Shown one piece after another: positions 1 to 9,720 of a stretch of DNA of 64,000 nucleotides. The stretch is taken from positions 1,922,001-1,986,000 of the forward strand of contig CM030335.1 in the NCBI GenBank assembly GCA_017654855.1. The letters are read 5' to 3'. Every line of letters begins with the position of its first letter. Within the stretch, counting starts at the first letter, position 1. Origin of the DNA: Podospora anserina. Lineage: Eukaryota. Below the pieces are notes generated by a model. The model did no database searches. It was not told the origin of the DNA and worked only from the letters and a program-made list of their open reading frames with translations. A program made the position numbers and the translations under genes.

Positions 1-1857
1 ATGGGCAACCAGCAATACACGATGCGGAACATGAAATTCAACAATTGCAAGACGGCCATCATCCAGATCTGGAACTGGGGCTGGACATACCATGGGCTGT
101 CCATCAACAACTGCGGTGTCGGTCTTGACCTTTCTGCCGGCGGTCCAAGCAACATCAACGTTGGCTCCGTCACCCTCTTTGACAGCACCTTCAGCAACAC
201 CCCGGTCGCCATCAAGACGGCCTGGACACCCTCCGCCAACCCCCCAACTGGGGGAAGTCTCGTCATCGAGAACATCCAACTCAACAACGTCGCCGTCGCA
301 GTCCAAGGCCCAAGCGGGACCATGCTCGGCGGCACATCAGGCTCAACCACGATCCCAGCCTGGGCCCTAGGCCACCTCCTCGACCGCGGCACCAACGCCC
401 CCCGTTTCTCGGGACCGATCAACCCCAACCCACGCCCTGCCTCCCTCCTGACCTCCGACGGGCGGTACTACGTCCGGTCCAAACCCCAATACGAATCCGT
501 CCCCGCCTCGTCGTTCCTCTCGGTCCGCGCCTTTGGCGCCAGAGGCGACGCGGCAGCCGACGACACATCCGCTCTCCAAAACGCAATCAACACGGCCGTT
601 GCCCAGAACAAGATTTTGCTTCTCGACCACGGCCTCTACCGCGTCACTTCCACCATCGTCATCCCCCCCTCTGCCAAGATCGTCGGGGAGGCCTACCCTG
701 TTATTTTATCTTCTGGTGGTTACTTTAACGACATGAGCAACCCCCGGCCTGTTGTTCAGGTGGGGACGACGTCTGGTCAGCAGGGGTATGTCGAGCTGAG
801 TGATTTCATCGTCGCCACGCAGAATGCGCAGGCTGGGGCGATTTGCATAGAGTATAACCTTGCCACCAATGGGGGCCAGCCGAGTGGCATGTGGGATGTG
901 CACGTGCGGATTGGGGGGTTTACGGGCACGCAGCAGCAGATTGGGCAGTGTTTGAAGAAGCCGGGGAATGGGAGTGTCGATCGGAACTGTGTTGTGGCGT
1001 TCATGGCGATGCATGTCACCAAGGGGGCGAGGGGGTTGTACATGGAGAATGTTTGGCTGTGGTGAGCACACACCGACCCACCTACCTACCTACCCACCCA
1101 CCTACCTACCTACCTACCTACTTACCTTCCTACCTACCTTCCTACCTACCTTCCTACCTACCTTCCTACCGTCAAGGGGCGATAAATGCTGACTGAGATG
1201 GCGATGATGATAGGACGGCGGATCACGATATCGATGAGCAGTTGAACACTCAGATTACGATTTATACTGGTCGTGGACTGCGTAAGGTCTCCTCATCTGT
1301 ACGCTGTTGGATTGTGTGTTGCTGACAACAAAAAAGTAATCGAATCCACCACCGGCCCCCTCTGGCTCTGGGGGACAGGCTCAGAACACCACGTCCTCTA
1401 CCAATACCAGCTCACCTCCACCTCGGACATCTTCCTCGGCCAGATCCAGACCGAGTCGCCTTATTTCGCTCCCGTTCCCAACTCCCTTGTTCCGTTCCCG
1501 CCCGTGGCGAAGTACTCCGACCCCGACTACCGCGCTCAATGTGTGGGGATCGCGGGGAACTGCCCGGCGGCGTGGGGATTGAGGGTGATGAGCAGCAGGA
1601 ATGTGTTGGTTTACGGGGCGGGGTTGTATTCTTTCTTTGATAATTACTCCACGGCTTGCAGCACGTTTGATGCGGGGCAGACGTGCCAGCAGAGGATCAC
1701 GAGCGTGGAGGGGAGGGCGGAGAATGTGGCGGTTTATAACCTCAACACGATCGGGACGAGGGAGATGGTGACGAGGGATGGGGGGATGGTGGGGGGCAGT
1801 GGGTGGGCGGAGAACAGGAACACTTTTGCGAGTAATGTTGGGGTTTATAGGGCTTAG
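1..1857 (+). CDS. GH55 exo-beta-1,3-glucanase (pectate-lyase-like beta-helix), 5'-truncated by the window edge
   Basis: GH55-type motifs GNQQYTMRN, WNWGWTY, FGARGD..DDT.ALQ, MWDVHVRIGG, ENVWLW-TADHD, GTGSEHHVLYQYQ, QIQTESPY. Exons <1-1061, 1214-1281, 1337-1857. Introns 1062-1213 (GTGAGC..GCTGAC..TAG) and 1282-1336 (GTAAGG..GCTGAC..AAG) restore the frame. The ATG at position 1 is an internal Met. Confidence 0.93.
1081..1170. repeat. Imperfect (CCTA/CCTT)n microsatellite inside a GH55 intron
   Basis: Directly visible tandem CCTA units interspersed with CCTT/CCCA. Confidence 0.95.
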
Positions 1858-2133
1858 TTTGCATAGAGATCATGTAGGGGGGTTTGGGGGTCGAGGGGTT
1901 GGTCAAGGGAGGTAGATTTTCAACGCTGGAGCTGGGGGTGGGAGGTAAGTTTGATGTTGATGCTGGAGTTGGATGACATAAATTGGAATACATCATACTG
2001 ACTTTTCCCAACCTTGATTCTGCTTGTAGAACAAAAGTGCCAGAAACCAAAAACAGTAAGTTGCGCGTGTATCAAGCTGGGTATCCTTGCTAAATCACCA
2101 GCCGAAAGATATCCAGAACAGCAACTCAAGCAG

Positions 2134-2342
2134 AAATATATATATATATATAAAATATATATATATAAAAATATATATATATAAAAAATATATATATATA
2201 AAAATAAAAAATTAAAAAAAAATAGATAAATAAAATAAAAAACAAATATATGAAAAAAATAAAAAATCAATAAATAAATAAAATAAAATAAAATAAATAA
2301 ACAAATAAGTAAAAATGAAAAATAAATTAAAAAAATGAAATA
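2134..2342. repeat. Near-pure A/T low-complexity tract ((TA)n and A-runs)
   Basis: ~210 bp with very few G/C, between two convergent genes. Confidence 0.9.
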
Positions 2343-2574
2343 GTTGTCACAGTGCCGACCAAGGACTAAGGTAAGTGTCTTGTTATTGCGCGAGGGAAAG
2401 GAAAAGGGGACCAAAGCTCCCTACGAAGCGGTGTCTAAATACAGCCGAAGCGGCGCTGCTCCTCCTGAGCCCCACACCCTGTTCTCCTCTGAGCCTCGCT
2501 TTGGTGCCGTGACAATAGTATACAGACAACAAACCCAGAGCCAGTTGCTTTCCCAACCGACCCTCCAGCAAAAC

Positions 2575-3759
2575 TCACTCCTCCTCCTCCTCGTCCTCAC
2601 TATCATCCTCATCCCCCGGATCAGGCATCACAATCCTGTTCAAATGCGTCACAAACCCAACCATCCCCCCCACTACATCCATCACCTCCCCTTCCAAGCC
2701 CCCCTCCCTCGTCCAAACCCCATCATCCACCTTCTTCCAAACAGTATGATTCCTCAACTTGAGCAGCCGCATATCCCTATGCTCGGGATGAAACCCCTTC
2801 GGCCTGGTCTTGAGCGCGTTCCCTCTGTTCATCTCGGCGTACGCCGCCATTGCGTCTTGTTCCTCCTCTTCCCGATTTTTCTTCCCCTTTCCCCTGCCCT
2901 TCTTTTCCCCTTGTAGGAGGAAAATCCGCCTAAATGCCGGTTCGGTGAGCGCCCTCCTCCATCGATCAGGCCGCTCATCAACACTAGCCCTCAGCCTCCC
3001 CAAAGCGGCCCCGTCAGGATGCCACAGCCCCCCACCCACAAAACTGTTCCCACCAGGTTCCACGTGAACATAATAACACGCATAGGGGCCCTTACGACCT
3101 GTCCTGCTGAACGCAGCCGAGAAGTGAGGCTTGTAAGGTGTGGGGTCGTTACTGAAACGAACATCCCGGTAAATTCTAAAGTTGACGTCCTTAAAAGGGA
3201 GCTCAGGCACGGTAGGGTCGAGCGAGGTGATTTTTTCGGTCAAGCAGGTGACGTAAGACTCCCAGTCGGCGAGAGCGCGGCGGTACTCCTTGTCGTGGAG
3301 CTTGAGCCAGGAGCGCTTGTTGTTGGCTTTGAGGTCCGAGAGGAAGAGGAGGGTGTTGGGGTGGAGGGCGTGGGGACGGTAGGGGGTGGTGCCTTCGGGG
3401 CGGAGGGTGGGGAGAGGGGTGTATGTCACTTTTGGGGGGGCGTCGGAGTCGGAGTCGGAGTCTGATTCTGGTTTGGCTTCCTCTTGGGGGTTGTCTTTGA
3501 ACTCGTTGTCGTCGTCTGGATCAGATTCAGGTTCGAGCTGCTTCTTGGCTTTCTTTGGTGGACGGCCTCTGCCGCGTCTTTTCGGGGCGGTTGGCTTGGC
3601 TTTGGCGAGGGAGTCTGGTGATTCGGAGTCTGAAGGGGAGGGGTCAAAGTATTTGCTGGTTTTGCCTGTGGATGATGACGCTGCGCGCTGGGGCCTTGAC
3701 GTTGATACTGGCTCTTCCACTGCGGCAGCAGTGGCAGATTTGCGTTTTCGGCCGACCAT
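2575..3759 (-). CDS. DUF2461-family protein with N-terminal basic/acidic extension and AT-hook-like motif
   Basis: 394-aa intronless ORF. FLSDLKANNKRSW, FRIYRDVRFSNDPTPYK, YYVHVEPG..FVGGGLWHP and LKTRPKGF match DUF2461. KRRGRGRPPKK lies in the N-terminal region. Confidence 0.85.
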   Translation of the reverse strand: MVGRKRKSATAAAVEEPVSTSRPQRAASSSTGKTSKYFDPSPSDSESPDSLAKAKPTAPKRRGRGRPPKKAKKQLEPESDPDDDNEFKDNPQEEAKPESDSDSDSDAPPKVTYTPLPTLRPEGTTPYRPHALHPNTLLFLSDLKANNKRSWLKLHDKEYRRALADWESYVTCLTEKITSLDPTVPELPFKDVNFRIYRDVRFSNDPTPYKPHFSAAFSRTGRKGPYACYYVHVEPGGNSFVGGGLWHPDGAALGRLRASVDERPDRWRRALTEPAFRRIFLLQGEKKGRGKGKKNREEEEQDAMAAYAEMNRGNALKTRPKGFHPEHRDMRLLKLRNHTVWKKVDDGVWTREGGLEGEVMDVVGGMVGFVTHLNRIVMPDPGDEDDSEDEEEEE

Positions 3760-4447
3760 TCTGAAATGATATGAGAAAGAACCGAATGAGGGTTGTGAGG
3801 GCCAATCGATCTAGGGGTCAATTCCTCTCCAAACAAGAGCTGAGCTTTGTGACGGTTGCTCGATGACGTTCGCGATCCGAGGAATATTCCAGACGAGCGG
3901 GGATGTCATGGCAGTGCCGTGTTCTGTGTTCTGTGTCGCGAAAGCACGTGCCTCTTCTTTAATTGGATTATGTCGTCTATAACACTTGCCCCTCCTTTAC
4001 CATCACCGACCAGAGATGTCGAGGTACAAATCTATGTGCTTCATCAAAGTGAAGACACTGGATGCTTCAGGGTAGCACCGCAGCCATGGGAAAGCCACCC
4101 TTGAAGCATACATACGTACGCCCCGTCGAGGATCTTTTGTGCGTGGATCTTCCCCAGAAACTACCCCAAACAGCCCCCGGATAGTCCCGCACAAAAAGCT
4201 TTCCCTCTCTCCTTCTATTCTTTGAACATTTCCTGACAAGCAATTCTCGTCCTGCATCATCGCGCATTACCTACCCCACACTTTCTCTTCTTAAGAACTT
4301 CCCCAACCCCCAGCCTCCCCCGCGCATCTCCAACTCTGCTTTCTAACCTCACCTAACCCGCATCCTCACCCATCCACCCCACTTGACAACCCCATCCCTG
4401 CTATCCCACCCCTTTTCCAATCACTGTTCGCCTCTTCCATCCTCACC

Positions 4448-5371
4448 ATGACCAACCCCTCCCCCCTAACCCGGCTAACAACCCACGGCTACGTGATAAT
4501 CCCCTCCTTCCTACCCCCCTCCACCCTCTCCGCCCTCCGCACCGCCTCATCCACTCTCATCTCCCTCTCCTCTGCCGGCCAATGGCCCCACGTCCGCACC
4601 ACAGGCAAACAATTTCCCCCCTGGGACCCCTCCCTAGTCCCGCACTCGGCCGGCATCTGGGGCGTCCAACACCTCCTCCACCCTTCCCTCCCCCTCCCCC
4701 CCTCCCAACGCGAGGCTTTTGTCAAGCTCTACTTCTCCCCCGCGCTGCTCTCCCTCTCCCGGGAAATCCTCTCCCTCCCTCCGCCTGACGGCCTGGTGAT
4801 GGAACTGTTCAACCTGCTGTGTGGGCCCAGCGACGGGAAAGGGTTCGAGCTCTCCTGGCATAGGGACGACATTCCCGCCTCGGCGACGGAGGAGGAGGAA
4901 CGGGAGAGGGTGTGTAAACCGGGGGAGGTGTACTCTCATACGCAGTGGAATTTGCCGTTGTATGACGACAGCAGTTTGGTTTTGGTGCCGGGGTCGCATT
5001 CGCGGCCGCGAACGACAGCGGAGCGAGAGGCTGATCCTCATGGGGGTGATTTGGAGGGGCAAGTGGTGGTGGAGCTGAAGGCGGGGGATTTGGTGTTTTA
5101 CGATAACAACATCCTCCATCGGGGGGTGTATTCGGGGGGTAAGCAACGGGTGACGCTTCACGGGTCGGTTGGGAGGGCGGATGGGGGAGGGGAGGGGATG
5201 AAGAAGCGGGCGAGGAATGTGCTGCAGCACGGGGTCGGGAGCTGGGTTGAGCGGGCCGATTTTTCTTGTCTGGGGGAGGGGGAAGAAAGAAAGACGGCGG
5301 AGGGGATGAGGAGGAGGTTGGTCGAGATGGGGAGGGCTGCTGGAGAGGTTGGCTACTCGCTTGTCGGCTGA
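4448..5371 (+). CDS. Phytanoyl-CoA dioxygenase (PhyH)-family Fe(II)/2-oxoglutarate dioxygenase
   Basis: 307-aa ORF with GYVII near the N-terminus, WHRD (HxD), LVPGSH, LKAGDLVFYDNNILHRG (distal His) and a downstream R (RVTLH). Confidence 0.85.
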   Translation: MTNPSPLTRLTTHGYVIIPSFLPPSTLSALRTASSTLISLSSAGQWPHVRTTGKQFPPWDPSLVPHSAGIWGVQHLLHPSLPLPPSQREAFVKLYFSPALLSLSREILSLPPPDGLVMELFNLLCGPSDGKGFELSWHRDDIPASATEEEERERVCKPGEVYSHTQWNLPLYDDSSLVLVPGSHSRPRTTAEREADPHGGDLEGQVVVELKAGDLVFYDNNILHRGVYSGGKQRVTLHGSVGRADGGGEGMKKRARNVLQHGVGSWVERADFSCLGEGEERKTAEGMRRRLVEMGRAAGEVGYSLVG

Positions 5372-5781
5372 AAAGGAGGGATATATCTAGTTTTTTAAAG
5401 TGTAGCGTATGGATATCGCCTCTAGTTTCTCGAACTATGAGAATGAGCTGCTCGGACGGCTGTTTTTTTGGACTTCAGTCTGTGATTCAGTAAGATGTGC
5501 CAACCATGGAATACGCACAGCTGCTCTTTTGGCTCCTAGAATCACTTCGAGAAAACCGCGGCGGCTCTCACGCCAACTCCATCTCATTCATTATTAACGG
5601 CCGGCAGGTGGGGGGTTATCGAAGCAGTATACACACATAACCGTCTCAGCTACCCGGTTCCCCTCCCTCCTTGCTTCAACAGCAAAAGTATAAAAACAAC
5701 AAAAAAAGCAATTGGTATCTCGTTCGACAATTCATTACCGTTGGTTTCCCTTTCCCAAGCAACAAAAGCGCCTCGCAACAC

Positions 5782-5885
5782 AAAAAAAAGAAAGAAAAAA
5801 GAAAAAAAGAAGAAGGAAAAAAACAAGAAGAAAAAAAGAAGAAAAAAAACAAGAAAAACAAAAGAAGAAAAAAAGAAAAAAAAAA
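5782..5885. repeat. A/AG-rich low-complexity tract (U-rich 3' region of the minus-strand gene at 6019-6968)
   Basis: Runs of A broken by G/C. It generates spurious poly-K and poly-F ORFs. Confidence 0.85.
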
Positions 5886-6018
5886 GGGTCAAAAGATTCA
5901 ACCCCAACTCGACTCAATATCGCTAAGCTTCCCGCGCAACCAAAGCCATGGTCATTTTCGTATTTCGTTATGCCGTCGACTTCGTTCGTTTCGTTATGGA
6001 AGCGGGGGTGAGGGGCGC

Positions 6019-6968
6019 TTAGGCAGTAGTGGTGGTGGTAGCCGCAGCAGGAGCAGCAGTCGAGGCAGGAGTGGCCTCGACAGCCGGAGCAGCAGCCGCC
6101 TCCTCCTTCTTCTTCTCCTCGACAGCCGGAGTGGGAGCGGGAGCGGGAGCGGGAGCAGGGGTCTCCACGGCGGGAGCAGGAGCCGGCTCAGCAGCGACTG
6201 GGGCCGGGGCAGGAGCGGGGGTCGGCTCGGTGGCAGCTGTCGGAGCAGCAGCCGCGGCGGTGGTCTCAGCAGCGGGGGCAGCTAAACCTTAATGTTAGCA
6301 CATCTCAACTTTTGTTTTTCTTTCTGCCGTCACAAAGATACGAACCAGCTGGGGCGGGAGCCTCCTCCTTCTTCTCCTCGGCAGCAGGGGCCGCAACAGC
6401 GGGAGCAGCTTCAGTAGCAGCTTCAGTAGCAGCTATCATTTGTTAGTTTTTTTTCCAAGGTTCCCTGACTTTCGAAACCAGACACAACTCACCAGCCGGA
6501 GTCTCAACAGGGGCAGCCGCGGGGGCCGTCTCGGTCTTGGTGGCCTCGGTGCCAGCAGTGGCAGCGGTACCAGCGGCCGCGGCGGGAGCAGCAGTGCTGC
6601 TCTCACCAGTAGCAGCAGCCGGGGCCGCCGGGGCCGCCTCGTCCTTCTTGGCCTTCTCCGCGTCCTTCTTCGCCTTCTTCTCGGCCCGGCTCTTGAAGGC
6701 AGCCTTGAGCTTGCCCTTCAGGTTGTCGAGAGCGCCGAATGCTGTTTATGCGCCAAAAGCGGTTAGCTCACGATATTCCTCTTTTCCAGCCGCTTCTCGC
6801 TTCTCGCTTCTCGCTTCTCTTGCCTTGTCCGACGCGACACATGGCTTCCGAGCATAGTCGCACACGAGGCAACGCCATCAAAATGGCCGAGGGGGACAGG
6901 CAGGGCCGTCGCGATGGATGATCGAGGAGATAAAACCAATGTGATGGGGACTTACGGATTCCAGGCAT
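6019..6968 (-). CDS. Hypothetical 203-aa Ala/Pro/Glu/Thr-rich protein, 4 exons
   Basis: Exons 6968-6956, 6741-6493, 6432-6346, 6281-6019 total 612 nt. Donors GTAAGT, GTGAGT, GTTCGT, each with a CTAAC branch and YAG acceptor. Translation starts MPGIPFGALDNLKGKLKAAFKSRAEKKAKKDAEKAKKDEAAPAAPAAA and ends at TAA. Codon bias is strong. Confidence 0.85.
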
Positions 6969-7996
6969 GATGGCGGTGGTTGATGAGTATCAGCTAACGA
7001 TGTTGGTCCAGTTGTTGTTGAAGATGGAGGAAAGCTGCTGCGTTGTCGCAAAGCTGGCTGGGGCGTTGTCGTGCTCGTGTGTGGAAGAGAGGAGAGAAGA
7101 AGAAGAAGAAGAAGAAGAAGCAGTGGAACAGAAAAACTTCTGTGGTCGCAGCAAGCTGGGAGGAGAGGAAGAGAAGGAAAGAAGGAAGAAAAGGGGAAAA
7201 AGGCGGCTGAAGAGTAATGTCAAGGTTTATTATGTGAGGCGGGTGTGACCCCTAAAAAAGCGGATCATCGTGGCCCGCGCCGCCGCGCCTCATCAGACAA
7301 CCACAACCACCACCACACATATAACAACAATAGGATACCCCCCGTCAACAAGGCCGTCAGGTTCTATCAAGTTCCGGACCTGCTTTGGTATGTCTCCCTA
7401 CTAGGACCTTGAAGAATCACCTGGGTCTGTGGCACCGACCTCCCAATGCACCTATCTGATGAAGGCAGGGCGCGGGGACAAGTTTGACAGCCAATTCACA
7501 GCTCCGGGTTCTCTCTGTTCAGTGGTACACATGCCACAATCTGAGACAGGCCAAAAGCTTCCACCACATCTGTGAAAGAGGAAAATCCACTTTCCCCGCA
7601 ATCGGGCAGACATGGGTTCCCATGGATGGCCTCTCTCTCTCTCTCTCCCTCTCTCTCTCTTTCTTTCTCACACACACACTGATATTCTTTGTTGAACAGG
7701 AGGGTCACGACACCCAGGTGGACAATGATGCAAAATGTGGTTTGTCAGAGGGAAGGCTTCAATGTTCATTAGCATGCAGATTACAACCACAAAATCCCTG
7801 ATGATGGAATCACAAAAAGGTACCAAAAAAGGCCTAAGCGAAATGTCAAAATGCATCGCACGAAAATACGAAGCCTTGCCTTTTGGATGCGACGGGCTAG
7901 CGATGATCTCGATGCAACTGCAACTTCAACGGCGGGCGCAGGTGATATTAGATTGCCAAATATTAGGATGACGGGCGGTTAACATGATATTCCCTT

Positions 7997-8037
<41 letters not shown>
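7997..8037. repeat. Compound (TC)n(TA)n microsatellite
   Basis: Directly visible. Confidence 0.95.
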
Positions 8038-9720
8038 CAAGCATGAATAGCAGCACCTTTCGGGGTCCTGATGCTGCAGAAGGGGTCCAGCTTCTACCGG
8101 TGGTCCAGACCGCTGATATTCTGAAACGGGGGGCAAAGCTGCCAAAGCCAAGTTCCAGTGTGAGGAATAAGCATAACCCCCCTTGTCTGCCCCCACCTTG
8201 GGGTGGTTTGGGGCGATGGGGATTGGTTGGGTTGGTGGTGTTTCGAGTTTAATTGATTGCCGCCCGTGTTCGTGTTGGGACGCGTTTTTTTTTGACAATA
8301 TTTTGTTTGAGGAGGAGGAGGCACCGCACCGCCTTGACATCAAGTCATAGCTCTCTGTCGTGTTCAGAACTGCAGCTGTCACGCAACCTGCATACGTCAG
8401 TCAGTTCACTTTCTAGGATTCAATGAAGTTTGCTGCTACAAGTACAGAAAGGAGGGAGGCTGTGACAGATCCCAAACACGAGGAGAGAGAGTACTGGTAT
8501 TCTTTTCAGCTCTCAGTCACCCTTCTGACTGTCAGGTCAAATACGTGTCTGCTGGGTATCATGGATTCCCTTCCCTTGATGAATTGCCTCTTCACCGTCT
8601 TACTCTCCCCCCAAGAATACCTGATTATGGATTATGCTAGCAACATGACACAACTCGTTGCATCCTTCCAAGCCTACAACAATACAATGAATCACACCCC
8701 CCTCTCAGGGGCAAACAAACAGGCACTCACCACCTCCCAGCAGCTTGGAAATGACTCTGCAAAGAGTCTACCTCTCTTTCCCATTCACGTTTCAACTAAT
8801 AAACCAACCACCACAGAAAACTCATCCCCGAACAAAACAAAAAAAATAAAAATAAAATAGACGCCGCCCGGTTCGGGGAGGAGCCGACAGAGTTGACAAA
8901 GATGGATGAATACAGAGCCAAGGCCGTGGAGATGGAGATGGGAGAAGGCGGAAAATATCGAATGTCCAGGCCGCTGCCGGCCGAAAAATAATCGGGGTTT
9001 TGCCCGCTGTCTTGCGGTGCCCTGATGATGAGGAGGGAAGGAGCTGAGAGGTACCGAAGACGGTATGTTGGGATGTGAAAATTTCAGAGGGGAAAAAACA
9101 ATGGGTAGGGAGAGCATACGACTTTAGAGACGTGATATGGTTAAGGTCCTAGTGGAAAGGAAACATTTGGGAGATGGGGATTACTGAACGAGCATCAGCA
9201 GCCGTAACCAACAGTCTCACCTTCCACACCATAAAGTTGTCATCTAAGAGCCCAAGTGTCTACACTCCATCCGCAGTTTTATCTTCCGACAATCTTCACT
9301 AACCCCAGATTCTTGGACAAGACACGGCCACATAGGTAGGTAATAGGTTTATGGTTTTAATCAGCTAATATATATGAATGGTATCATCAGCCTTTTGAAT
9401 CGGGCAAAAGCAACAGCCCCAATCCAATTTCATCCTTCCCAACTCCTCCCCCCCTTCTTTATTGTGACCCATCCTCGAAACAGACACACACACACACACA
9501 AAAGAAAAAACGCCTCGCTTCCCGCTCCCCTCCTCTAAAGCCAGGACTGTTCCAAACGTTGTTCTTCTACCCTCCAAGTGTGGCAGCAGGTCTCATGATT
9601 CAGGTCACCCAACAAACAACATCGTTCTTCCGAGCACACCCCTTATCCCACCAGTCGTAACCTTTCTCAATCCCAGACAAAGTACCCACTCCCCCTTCTA
9701 CTCTTCGCAGTAGTGACCCC

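Noticed and set aside
1920-2414. 164-aa hydrophobic F/I/Y-rich ORF
   Set aside because: Artefact of translating the A/T tract.
5650-6292. Poly-K, poly-F and Gly/Ser-rich ORFs
   Set aside because: Translations of the A-rich tract and of the antisense strand of the 6019-6968 gene.
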